The notes below the pieces were generated by a model that saw only the letters and a program-made list of their open reading frames with translations, was not told the origin of the DNA and searched no databases. A DNA stretch of 64,000 nt from Oikopleura dioica (Eukaryota; Animalia; Chordata), in NCBI GenBank assembly GCA_907165135.1, contig OU015569.1:11222001-11286000 (forward strand). Reading direction: 5' to 3'. A program made the position numbers and the translations under genes. Numbering within the stretch: the first letter of the stretch is position 1; each line of letters opens with the position of its first letter. Positions 47,850 through 60,139 of this stretch are shown piece after piece.

Positions 47850-48595
47850 ATGAAGGAGAGTTCTATTAACTCAGAAGATGTAGAGAAAATATTGAGCATG
47901 AAGGATAAGCAAATATGCATTGCAATCGGAGTTGGAGGCTGTGGATCCGATCAACTCAGTGTGCGCGAGAGGTTTGTTGGTTCATGCTGTGATAAAGCTG
48001 CGTACTCGTTGCCAGCTGAGAGTAAGTAAAAAAATTACAATTTAGACCACATATATCAAGAATTTAAACATCCATTTAGATAAATACGAAATTGTGTGCA
48101 TTGTCAATCGGATCTATGAAGAAGCGAGAAAATATGAAGGGGTCGCAGAAGAGAAAGTTGAAGATGCAAAGAAAAAGGTGGCTACGGCGAAGAAAGCTCT
48201 TGAAGATGCAGAAACAGAGGAGAATAAGGCACGAGAAGAGTTAGAGAAGAATAGAAACTGGCGCAAAAGAGTTCAAAAGCGATCGTTGATCCTCACAGAA
48301 AATGCTATGAAGGAGGAGAACAGCGATCTGGGTAATACTTAGTAAATGATAAGTCCTTTGATAAATTTTAGATTCGTCCGACGAGTCCGATGAAACAAAC
48401 GGGGAAGAAGAAAACGAAAAGCCTAAATGCAAGGTCTGTTTTGAACTCTTTGGCAACGATCACCCCGAAGCCGTCTTGATAACATGTGGTCACAAAGGTT
48501 GCTTCGGCTGCCTTTCTTCTCTTCCTCAGAAGACATGCCCTTTCTGCCGAGCTGATTTCACTGAGGACAAGATTCTTAAGGTTATTTCTCCATAG
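47850..48595 (+). CDS. Coiled-coil + C-terminal RING-HC protein, copy 2
   Basis: CKVC...TCGHKGCFGC...CPFC; tandem paralog offset by ~1.23 kb; start codon tentative. Confidence 0.8.
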
Positions 48596-48840
48596 AATCA
48601 ATTAATTTTTGGATCTGCTGTTAGAAGCGCAATATAATTAGAACTATCTTTTTGTCTCTTCCTTGTTTTTTGTCTTTTAGCAGAAAAAAACCAATATAGA
48701 AAATCATTAAATAGATTAATTTATTCTTCGTTGATTATCTGTCAGGAAAGAGAAGCATAAAACGCTCCTTTGCAGGGTAAAGTAAATCTGCTTTTGTTTT
48801 GGCGTTGAGCGGTGAAACTTGAACAATTCTAGTTGTGAAT

Positions 48841-51800
48841 TCAGAGGTATTCGGTGTATCTTGAGACAGGCTGCGTGATTGTGGAATGCAGGGGATACGA
48901 GCGGCGAGGCTGGAGCAGTCGCGACGCCAGAGCTGAAGATTTTCAATAGTCTTTTATGTTTCCTTCCTGTTTCTTTACCTAGAATTACTCCGGCGATCAC
49001 TAGAAAGACCATGCTAGCCCATCCAAACCAGACCCCGCTTTTCTGAGGATCAGCTACTGTTTCATTTTCGTCCAGATTCTGGACTCAAGAATACGAGTTC
49101 CGGATTTAAAGATTCAATGATCCGTTCCTATCGAAACTAATAGCTAGCTCGTCGTTCGAGTTTGAGATAGTTTCTTGGTTGTAGAAAGAGTTTGACATTT
49201 TGAGCACCTGAATGGCCCGCCACGTGACTCCCGTGCCGCTCAGGATTCCACTGATGCAGGCGAGCGCTCCTTCATAAGACCGTTGTTTTACATTCGCGAG
49301 GAAATCAGCCACTACCTGTTAGAAGCAGAACACACGGCTTTGCACCATCCTGTATTAACACTGAGCACTTGCACGCGAGCCAGACGATGGCCGATCCAAG
49401 AGAGGAACAAATTATTGCGCTGATAAGTAGAACTCGCGCTCCAAGAACGCTGAATAGATAATTTTCTGGCACCAATTCTCTTTCTAAATATGAACCTGAT
49501 TGGAGTCGAATTTTCATCGAGCTTTTGACCATTGGAAAATCCACGCCAATTCCAGCAAGCCCACTTTCAAAAGTTATCGAAATACCGTTCGTTAGGATCC
49601 TAGAATTATATTGCTTACAATTTGTAAGTTACAAATGTTATTAGTCTGTATGAGGGCTTAATTTTTACTACGAATTACTATTTTATGCTCAAGTTTTCAT
49701 TTTACCCACTAATAATAATTTCAATAAAAACTACACAATCCTATCTGATTTTCTATTATGGTCTCTCTGACTCGGACGCATACTCATACTGTCTCGCACG
49801 CGTGAGAGACAGTAATCAAACTTTCTCCTCTCTTAAGGGATCCCCCCCTGATTTTTCAAATCTTTATGACGGGTGTACTAGTGCCGTATTTAAATTCCTC
49901 GTTTCCTAAGGATCATTTTGATGTATAATTGTACCCCATTACAGACATCGTTACCCAAAATTTTTGCACTTGAAAATCGCGAAAATGCATGTAAAATGTA
50001 CTTAGCGCAGGGTTCCGAATCGCGGGGGCGCGCGCCGTGAGCGCCAGAGTTTGAACGCAAGCGCGAACGAGAATCTCGGGAGCAAGCGGCGCCCTCCCGA
50101 GCAAGTTGGGGAGCAAATTTTCAAAATGAAAGCGCCGGCGGGTCCGAGTTTGCGCCTCTTTTCTCGGTTTATAATCGATCAGTTTGTGAAAATTGAATGA
50201 AAGAATCTTCCCCTGAAGAATATCTTTCAAAATTATGATGAATTATCTTCATTATGAATTTCGACATGAGCTATTTTCAAAAATTCTTTTTGTAGTTTTA
50301 AGTTTTTCTCTATCATTCTGAATTCAGTCGCTATCGACGAAAGAAAAGTTTAACTTCAAATGGATTCAGCACTTTCAATTTTGAAATTCAAATTTGAAAA
50401 GTTATCTTATGAGGTCTTATGAAAATCATTAAAGTAATAAGAATCTGTAATCCCTACTATGGAGTCTAAGTAGTCTTAGAGTAGTCTAAGACTATGGAAC
50501 ATAGTTATTAGCACATACTTTGCGGGAATCAAGCGCAAACAAACCAAAATATTGCCTCGCGCAACGCGAACGCCCGCTGTGGAACCGATCCACTCCGGAA
50601 AAGCTCACCTTCCACTCGGCTGGTGATTGTTTTCATAACCCCATTAGTAGGCTTATTAGATGAAAACTTGGCTCATTTTTCTAGCTTAGTTTAGGGGTCA
50701 TATGTTACAGTTTTGGAAAGCCCAGAAGCTGAGCTTTCATTTGGGCACCATATCAAGGGGTCTGGTTTATGCCCGCAGGGCAATTCATGAGACCGGAAGT
50801 TCCGAAATCGGCACTAGATCTCTTCAATCGAATTTTTGAGTGCTGGTAGTCACTCGAAATGGCTCCAGAGTAGGCGCGTTAGAAAGCCCAGTGTCTGAGC
50901 TTTCCAAAACGCTAAAAAAATCTAGCTGCCTTGCTACCTAGTGGCCGCTAGGGGCGCTAGAATAGTGAATTTTAAGGATTTCTAGGAAGAAAACTGCATA
51001 ATCTTGGTCTCAACCGGTTGGTTTTGTCACTGTTAAACGTCACTACTAAGATGTTTACGTCTTTATTAACAAATTCAAGCCTTAAATTTCGACCAAATGA
51101 GCAAGTTCTAGTGCAAGAAATCCCATTTACGGTGCCAAATTTGAGTTTCTAGCGCCCCTAGCGACCACTAGGTAGCAGGGCAGCTAGATTTTATTAGCGT
51201 TTTGGAAAGCTCAGACACTGCGCTTTCTAACGCGCCTATTCTAAAGCCATTTCGAGTGACTACCGGTACTAAAAAATTCGATTGAAGAGATCTAGTGCCG
51301 ATTTCGGAACTTCCGGTCTCATGAATTGGCTTGCGGGCATAAACCAGACCCCTTGATATGGTGCCCAAATGATAGCTCAGCTTCTGAGCTTTCCAAAACT
51401 GTGCCATATAACCTCTAAACTAACTTATAAAGATGGGCCGAATTTTCATCTTATAAGCCTACCCATTAGGTAACTTTAGTACAGAATTTTCTCGGCTTTT
51501 CGGTGAATCAAATTTCGTTGAGAAGAAATGAAGTTTGCAGGAGTTTATGCCTTTTGAAGTTGAATTTCTCTTTTTCACTCTAGCTCAAGAATTAATTGTG
51601 ATAAGGAAAATCTGAAAGTGGGAGGTGAATGCTGAGAGAATGTAGATATGTTTAACAGAAAAAACAAATCGAAAAAGCTTTTCTGAAACATCAATGGCGA
51701 CCGCGTGAAGTAGGACTTCGCGTTACTCGCCCGGGTACTCCTATACATCGACGCGGCGCTGCTAGCTCGATCCGCGCTCCGCCAGAACCTAGGCGCGATC

Positions 51801-52889
51801 GAGCCCTTGGTTCGCGAACAAGAGGCTCGGGCGCGCCCGGCACTCGCCGTGAGCGCTGAAAAATGTTGCTCCCGAATTTTTTGGGGAGGGCGCACCTCGC
51901 GCCCAAGAGTTTTGTTCGCGCGCGCGGTTTGACTTGGCCGCTCCCGGCGCACGCCCCCGCGATTTGGAGCCCTGACTTAGCGTGAAAATCGTAATTTTTT
52001 TCGACTTTTCAGTGTCATCAAAAGTAGACGAATAAGGGGTCTATCGAAAGCCTAGAATCTACTGAATAAGAATATAATAACCGCACTAGAACTTCTGGCC
52101 ACAAATTGGCGCTAGAGAGCAATTTGAAGCTAAAAAAAGGGTAAAAATGGCTTCAAAAAGTTGTTCGTAAGAATTTTTTTCTGTTACTTTATCAATCACA
52201 CTTATCATGCATGCAAATGTAGCCAAGGGTCTAAACTTCATGAAAATGAAGTAATATTAGCAATGCATAAGGCCACAAAATAGTAGATACAACTTGAAAA
52301 TGGCCGAAAATGGCCGTTTTTGGCAACCTAAGTCACTTTGACGGCTTCTAAAGCATAAGTGAATCTTATAACTAGGGGCTTATCGTGCATGCATTTGCTC
52401 GTCAAGAAACGGGCTTCAATTTGAGCCCATATACAGCCCCTCACGCAAGACGAGTAAAAAGTAGATAGGGGTCAAAGTTGGGAAAATTGGGGGGGATCCC
52501 TTAAATTTCTTCAAAATAATTCAATAACCTTTCCTGAGAAATCGGAGTAGCAGCTTGCTGAGTGCAGCGATGCCAAAGTCCTTTTTGGGAATAAAAAGTT
52601 AGAATAAAAAGTTCATTTTCACAAATTTTGGAAAACTGGAATTGATTCCCTAACCTTCGTAATAGACGACAGAGGCGTCTGAGGTCAGAAAGTGGCTGAT
52701 CCATTTTGAGGAGACGATTGAAATCAATTGACATATTAGACCAGTTATGAGCAGCAGCGTGCCTAAATTTCCATTTAATTCCCATTTGATATCGCAATTA
52801 AGACAGAATAAAAAAAAACAGGGTGGCTCTGAAACTACAGTAATCCACCTACCTAGGGCATGAATAAACTGCGCCAGCACCCGAAACAT
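48841..52889 (-). CDS. Claudin-family tetraspan membrane protein
   Basis: Spliced MFRVLAQFIHALGTLLLITGLICQLISIVSSKW...YYEGLWHRC...WAC, TM2 ARVLLISAIICSSLGSAIVWLACKC, TM3 ALACISGILSGTGVTW, TM4 WFGWASMVFLVIAGVIL, and PDZ-type C-terminus YTEYL. Confidence 0.85.
50008..51974. mobile_element. Non-autonomous hAT-like element
   Basis: TIRs CAGGGTTCCGAATCGCGGGGGCG and CGCCCCCGCGATTTGGAGCCCTG, an exact 8-bp TSD ACTTAGCG (50000-50007, 51975-51982), and GC-rich inverted subtermini. Confidence 0.88.
50647..51462. mobile_element. Foldback element with ~316-bp inverted arms and a 6-bp TSD
   Basis: Arms 50647-50962 and 51147-51462 are reverse complements with scattered mismatches; CCATTA flanks both ends. 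Confidence 0.88.
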
Positions 52890-53218
52890 CTGAATACAAT
52901 CAATATTAGATGCAGCCAAAGTATGAAGCCGGCGATAAGCTATTCTCTGTCCAAATTTCTATGACACAAGAAGACACAAACGATCAAACGGATGCCTACG
53001 CGCGACTCCCAGCCCTGACTGACCCTGTGATAAGCCCCAACGACGGGAAGAAATAAAAATTGACAAAATTTTTAATTTTAGAAATAAAAGGGATCATTGA
53101 GGACTAGACTTTGAGGACCTCAATTTTCAGGTGAATTTTTCCGTAAGAGTTAATGAAGTTACACCCTTAATTAATCCAAGAAAACATGCTAAATAGATCA
53201 TAAAATTGATTGGTAAAA

Positions 53219-53437
53219 GTAAGGGTATGGGTGAGTTAAGGTTTGTATTGGACGATTTAACATAGTGATACCCTTATTTTTTATTCAAAAAATTATTGAA
53301 ATAGCTAAGGCTTTATAGAAAATTTTTCTATGAATTTCTATTCAATAATTTCTATAAGAAAAAATAAGGGTATCACTGTGATAATTTTGAAATAAAATCT
53401 TCATAAATAAATCTTAACCCTAACCCTAACCCTAACC
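53219..53437. mobile_element. Second telomere-repeat-capped foldback element
   Basis: Degenerate G-rich left end, internal inverted repeat GTGATACCCTTATTTTTT/AAAAAATAAGGGTATCAC, and three CCCTAA-type repeats at the right end. Confidence 0.7.
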
Positions 53438-53639
53438 AATTTGATAATTTACGAGGACTCTCAAAAAAACCAAAGTCTATTTTTCTTGTACGAAGGAAAC
53501 AGAAACAGACTGTAATAAAAGATGAGTGCCCTTTATATCCATTAGTTGGAGTAGAATAAAAAATGAAAAGTTAATAAGTAGCAAGATTCGAAATCTGAGC
53601 AAAAGACGCGGCAAAGGGATCTCGTCAGGAGATGATCCC

Positions 53640-55310
53640 GGCGAAATCTGCTGTGGCGATTGATTTCAAACTTACCCCGCATAATGTGGCTTGATCTTCT
53701 AATCTCTGCTCATGGGCCATTTGCTAAAGAAAATGTTTAATAGAAACCCAGAGTTGAAAAGTTGAATCTCAAGGCGAAACCTGGTAGTGTTGCCAGCGGA
53801 GGAATCGCTGGAATTGACGAACTTGGTACTCCCATTCCGATGGGTGAAAGGGGGTCATCACTTCTCCATTGCTTCCTTGATGTGGATTTGTTCCGTTGCT
53901 AGTACTGATTTTAGGGCTCTATTTTTGGGATGGTGTCTGGAACCGACAAAAAATTTCGACAAAATTTGCGTAGGCGGCTATACGGCTGCTGATTGGCCAG
54001 CTTGCTGAATCAAGGCTTCTGATTGGTTGAAAATTTCCACGCAAAATTTGTCGAAATTTTTTGTCGGTACCAGACACCTCCCCCTATATTTAGGGAAAAA
54101 AACGAAGCCACGAAGCGAAAATATACCCAAATCAAGGTCGATACCCTTAAAATTAACTTGTTTTCTCCAGAAATAAAGCCCTTTTCAATGAAGTTTTGTA
54201 GCTGAATAATTGCTCATATCTTCGAAGACGGTCTGATTTTTGTAGTAATTGGCAGGGCTCTTCTCCTCCCGAATCTCGGGCGGCGCGGGTGGGAAGGCAG
54301 GATTTCCTTGATTCTCGATTTCGACAGAAGTTCTCTGTTTTTCGGCTAAAATCGAGGCATCATCATTAAATGCTTCTCGCTTCTAAGTTTTTAATATTTC
54401 AAAAAGTTCAAGTCAGTCGCGCTCAGAGTCTTATCCCGCCCAAGTGAATTATTCATCGCGAAAGAAAAAACAAGAAAAATTGGAACAGACGCTATTGTAT
54501 ACGCAAGTGGCAAGAATCAAAGACGCACTTGTTCATTTTCATCCCTTTGGCGGTCACTTTTTTCGCAACAGTCAAAAAGTGACAGCGCTCGTTTTTCAAT
54601 TCTAAAGCGATCTAAAGCTACTATCTGAATCGATTCCTTTCGTTCCTGGAAAAGCGAGATTTTCTTTTCCTTCTTTTGCAGGGTTCAGTCTTTCTTCAAT
54701 GCTTGTTACTGTATTCTAGCGATTTTATCGGGAATAAATGTCGAAAAGAGGCGATTTTGTTCGACTTGATTGCCAGCCCTAACTGTAAATTGCACTAAAA
54801 ATCGCCAAAACTCACAATTTCAATTGTTTTTAATAATTTAAGTTTATCCATTTATATTCCTCCCCTCTGTTAAATTATTCAAAGAGGCAAACAACGAGTG
54901 TTCCAAAGTCTCTTTAAATTAAACTGAGTATGAATGAACACTGCACTTGGTTGCTGCGTAAGTTCTTCTTCTTGCTGCTGGCGGAAGGTCTATTCTTGGC
55001 GCATTTTTCCGGCGCGTTGATTACATGATGATTCTCTCCTTTTTTTCTCTTTTGGAGTTTGTTCGTGTTCTGCGAGAGTCCAAGAGCAGCCGAGCTTCCA
55101 AGAGCGGGTGGTGGCGTCGACGGCGCGCCCGCTCCTTTTGTCCCACTCCTCCCCACTTTTCCCGAAGCCAGCATTCTTCTTCACCGAAATGCGAATCAAT
55201 TAACAATTCAACATAATCACCCTTCTGACCTTTTCTGATTAGCGGCGGCCTCTTCCGAGATCCAAACTCCCGTTTCGGACGAGTACGAACTCTCAGCTCC
55301 TGAAGAAAAA
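53640..55310 (-). CDS. Hypothetical multi-exon protein (partial chain)
   Basis: In-frame GT-AG-joined exons ...MTPFHPSEWEYQVRQFQRFLRWQHYQ|QMAHEQRLEDQATLCG plus further ORF blocks at 54.2 and 55.0-55.3 kb; ends unresolved and no domain recognised. Confidence 0.4.
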
Positions 55311-55439
55311 TACAGTAATTAACCAAGATCAGACTCAATGCTACATCTTACTACCGTAATTGGAATCTAATATGCAAAATTCAATTCGGTATCAAGTTTA
55401 TCTGCCAACAGTCCAGATTAGTGAATTTTTACATTTTTC

Positions 55440-55815
55440 TTAGCTCGCTCAAATTTAATAAAAAACTGGCTCAGCTCGCTCAAATTGACCGGAGTTCGCT
55501 CATATTTTGCTCAGCTGACTGATATTTAGCTTAGCTGGTTCATATGAAGCTGAGCTAGATCATAATCGAGTTGAGTGCGAAAAAATTGAGCGAAACTGGC
55601 GGAAATTGAGCTGAGCTGGCTCATTAAAGACAGAGCTGGCTCAGACTGAGCTGAGCTTTCGGATTTCGAGCTAAGCCGATTTGTATGGAGCTGAGAGTGC
55701 TCAAGGTAAGCTAAGCTTGCTCAGATTGAGCTGATATTACTCAAATTTAAGTGAATTTATTCAAATTGAACCTAACTGATTTTTGAGCTGGCTCAGACTG
55801 TTGAGCTGAGCGAAA
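55440..55815. repeat. Degenerate GAGCT/GCTCA pentamer-rich repeat
   Basis: About 19 AGCT cores counted by eye in ~370 bp; GCTCA dominates the left end and TGAGC the right. Confidence 0.75.
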
Positions 55816-57742
55816 TTTTTGGAATTCTCCGAAAAATAATCGCTCAATTTTTGTCTTGAGAGTTTTTTTTTTCAAATCATAAGAACGGGGTTAGAATTTA
55901 AAATGTTCGAAAACAATTGATACCGGCTAAAAATGGTGTCTCTTGTTTGGTCCTCTTTGATTTTCTGACGCCTGGAAGGTAAGGAGTCAGGCATGGTCTA
56001 TAAAAAAAAGTGGAAATTGTCCGTTTGGACACTAATTAGCAATTAAAACTTTGTAAATTAGCGAGGAAAGCTGCAGGATCGTGAAGGCGGATGAATATTT
56101 TATCGTATAGAAAAGAAAGTGAGAGATAGGCTGCCCACAAATACCACATTTCTCTGAGGACGAAGACGTGCTCTATCGACGAGCTAATCAATTAATCACC
56201 AGAACTTACTGTTTTCCTCGCGATATTTCCTAAGTATGTAAGCCAAGACACGACGAGGTACTTAGTACTTAGAATCTCCGATAATCCTCCAAAACACTCT
56301 ATTTTTTAGCAAATTGAAGAGCCTACTTTCTAAACTAGAAAAAGAGAGTTTAAACTTTCTTTTGCTAGAATTTCATAAAGTGACAATCCTTGTAGATTTC
56401 GGCCATTCTCTCCCCAAAAAAATGAATCAAGTTTTTTGCTCACAATAACGGTAAATAAGTGTTTTAACCATATTAAATCACGCCAAAAACAGAAACCATA
56501 ATAAATAATCAAATCGGTCTAATCATAAATTGACAAAATTTCCTTGACAACTGCAAAAATGCTAACAACACCTACGGGTTCATAACGAAAATCTCGAAAG
56601 CGATTTTCAAGTATCATATGATGATGATTCATATCTCTTGAATGAAATTAACACTAAAAGTTATGATCAAAAGTCTGAGTTATACGCAATTATAAATCAC
56701 GTCACGCAACTTTAAAATGATCGAAGAAAGGTTGTCAGTCTTACCGCCTTTTTAACTGGATTATTCTTTCAATCGAAGGACTGCGAATTCTCTATTTTCA
56801 GGCAAAAAGTAAAATATTAAAATTATTTGTGTCTTACCAATATTGACGACAAGTTCTGCTTCTGACAGTGGTTGTTCTAACGTCGCGTCCATTCTTCCCC
56901 AAAGTGCTTGGATTCAAGTGTCTGAATCCTTAATTGTCAAACCTCAATCTTCGCTCTTCTCTGAATATAATAAGGGCGCATTCTCTTATTTCCCCGCCGC
57001 CGCAATCGTCAACTTCTTATTTTCGCCAAAAGAGGACCAAATGGGGATTTCTTCAATTCATCTGTCTTTTCTGTTGCGATTTCTTCAATTTCAGTAATTC
57101 GGGGTCGCCACGCTTTCGATGACACCGATCATGGTATATTGGCCCTATCGCACGCCAGCTAAATGCAAAGAGCCCCTTATTAATCCCCCAGATGCTCCAC
57201 CAGGGGTACTATCTAACCGAACACATGGCCAAATGCACGAAATACAACTCGATAGTCAACAAGCCTATTCATTTTCCTCACTTCTGTCTTTGCTCAAAAA
57301 ACATAGACGACAATTATTTTGAAATAATGCAAAATGAAATTTTCTAAAATAAAGTTTTTTGTTACTAACACTCAAATTTTCAAACAACAGATAAGATCCG
57401 ATAAGAATCGAACCAACTCCGGGAGATCAGCCAGAACCTGGCGCCCTCTTTTGGTCGACGTAATGCATAAAGCTGATTTCAAAACTGTGGGGAGCCAGAA
57501 TTTATGAAGAAGAATATTATTTTCTAAAATGAAGCAAAAAGACTTGGAGGACTAGAAAAATCAATCCCTGACAATCTGTCTCTTAACACTGTTAATAAAA
57601 ATAATACAGACTATATAATATAGTCTATATTCGTAAAAGCGTGGATGACTTTGAAAAGGTTCACACTCGATCTCTAGAACATATTATTACTGAGTCGTTT
57701 TTCTTCCCCTTTTTCGCAGTCGAGCTTAGGAGACCCTGCGGG

Positions 57743-59186
57743 ATGGCAGAAAACAATAAAAATCCAGGTAACCTTGATTCCCACTTACAACTCCGTAACA
57801 CGAGCACTTCCTGTACCTGGTACTAATCGAAATTACAGAAAGCTTCAAAGCCCGCGCGGCTAGACGCAGCTCCATGTTTCAACCAGAGATGAAGCAACGG
57901 ACGGCGTCAATTTTCTCGGTAAGAAAATTCTACTAAATTCTTGCACTCCGGTAATTGTTTTAGTACTCAAACGATGGAAGCCAAACTGGGTTCAAAGCTG
58001 TCGCCCTTGGCCCGAAATACATGAACACATACAAAATGTCTCCAGATCGAAAAGCAGTTATGCGAGAAGTAAGAGCTGTGCTAGAGAAGTCCATAAGAGG
58101 TAATGCTTGAATCTAGGAGTTGAGTGGAAAATTCAAATAACAACGAGCTTGATCAAATGCTTAAGGAGGGGGTCGACGAGAAAAATTTTTCGTTCTTTCA
58201 AAATTTCGATTATATTTTTGAATTCATTAATAAAAAGGAACATTTTTGGTCCCCAGCTTTTTGCGCATTTGTTAACTTTTTTAAGAAAATTTTCGATTTT
58301 CTGTCCGAAATCCGAGATTTTTCGAAAGTTAAAAGTTAGTTTTTTCGCTCAAAAACAATTTTCATCCAAATTTTTTTTGCAAGATATTGTTTTTTAATGG
58401 TATCTTAATCATTATCAATAAAAGAATCCAAGTCTCCACGACTTTGGTAAAATTCTCTATGAAAAAATGGTTTTCTCTATGAAAACTATGGGTAAAAATG
58501 ACGATTTTGACGAAAATCGAATATTTTTAATCAATAAGAAAAATTTTTTTATGATAGTAACCCTTAATTTTTTGATCGCCGGTTAATTTTTAAGGGTCTT
58601 AATTATTTATTAATTATATTTGATAAAGAAAAAAAAACTCGGTTTTCGAGATTTTTTGGTCACGAGACACCCCCACTTCAACCCTTATTTTTGAAAAATT
58701 TTTCAAAAAAAATTTTTTTCTGCTTCTTGCCGGTTAATTTTTCAAACCCTTTTCTTTCAATCTGAAAAGTCAGAATTTTCCTATCTAATCGGGTTTCTCC
58801 GCATTTTTGGTCACGGAAATCCCGATTCTCGTCGACCTCCCCCTTAAATATACCATTTATTCATGTTTTAGCAAACTTTGCTGGACAGAAATTCCAGTCG
58901 GCTTCTGACGAAGAAATCATCAAATGCAGCAACGACGAAATTCACTTGCGCTTGAAGGGCATCGTGCCCAAGCGATACCGTTTTATCGTTTCAATGGGAT
59001 TGATTGAAATCGCCGACCAAGGTTCCTTACCCAAATCCCCCATTTTACTCCATGCTCATAAATTTAGACGTCTCCGTCGCCTCCCGAATGCTCTCCAACA
59101 CAGAACACGACTCCTTCGTCGAATTCAACTTGAAAGAAGCGGACTTTGCTGTGACCGCCACCGTTTTCTTGATTTACTTAGAATAA
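57743..59186 (+). CDS. Tctex-1 domain dynein light chain (TCTEX1D-type with N-terminal extension)
   Basis: Spliced ...YMNTYKMSP...HLRLKGIVPKRYRFIVSMG...DVSVASRMLSNTEHDSFVEF...FAVTATVFLIYLE* fits the Tctex-1 pattern. Confidence 0.85.
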
Positions 59187-59719
59187 TTTTCTTTCACTCT
59201 TTTTTACTATTTTACTATTTTTATTTTTTTCTCTTTCTTTTTCACGAATATACAATTTTTATTTTAAACCGAGCTCGTTTTGATTGTTGCATTTTATTTT
59301 ACCCTGAGCGTTTGAAACCAAACTTGTCACGTGATGTTCAAACTGTCAAAAAGTTAGTGCTGATTTTGAATTTTGGCGATGCGATGGGGCGAGTCGTCTT
59401 GAATGGCTTAAAAATTTAAGAGTTGCGGCGCGTATTATGGGTTTAGGTGGCGATATTATGAGCCGAATACGATTAGAACATCGCAAAAACGAAGTTTTAG
59501 AACAATCTGGGTGGATCAATGTTGAGATAATAAACTGTCGAAACGGCGCCACGGCGCGGCTAGCTTCCGCAGGGCTGGAATGCTGACCATGCCAAGCGAA
59601 CAGGGAGACACAAACTGATATGAACAAATGAAGGTCCTCCAGGTGCGGCTCGCAATAAACATAAATAGAGAAAGAAAATTGTATAAATACAGAGATCGGA
59701 AACGAAGAGAAACTACTAC

Positions 59720-60084
59720 CTGGGCTCGGTAAATTGATCTGTCTAAAACCCTGAGTCAGGGACTGTTTCCCGTCTTTGGAGGTACTAACTTGACAAAATA
59801 TAAGAGAATTTAAAACCGTGAGTCCATGACCCTGACCTGTGTAGTACAGGCTTTGTTCAACACAGAACATGTTTACAGTCAAAAAAGATAGAACATGCTT
59901 GATATTTTTGAATGCTAATATACATTTCCAATAAAAAGCTGGGCAAAACTCTGAGTCAGGGTCAGGTCTGACCGAAACGATCAGCTTCATAAACCTGAGT
60001 CAGGCTTGTTCTCTGAGACAGGATTGCCAACTTGTCTGGTGGAAAACAAGTCCTACTTTTAAAATAGACAAGTTGCCGAGCCAA
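59720..60084. mobile_element. Family A-related element
   Basis: Ends CTGGGCTCGG and TTGCCGAGCCAAG, with three CTGAGTCAGG motifs. Confidence 0.6.
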
Positions 60085-60139
60085 GTTTGTTTTCCTTCTA
60101 ATTTGAGTATTATTTCTAATTGCGAGCGCGGAAAAAGTG

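Larger units (their letters stand above)
49837..52500. mobile_element. Non-autonomous TTAA-targeting DNA element (Kolobok-like GG termini), outermost of three nested elements
   Basis: TIR GGGATCCCCCCC at both ends, flanked by TTAA at 49833-49836 and 52501-52504. Confidence 0.75.

Noticed and set aside
51575-51952. Arg/Ala-rich ORFs inside the hAT-like element as a transposase remnant
   Set aside because: They arise from GC-rich subterminal repeats; no BED finger, DDE or dimerisation motif.
59346-59990. 214-aa minus-strand ORF
   Set aside because: It spans the family A-related repeat and has no domain-like features; likely a chance open frame.
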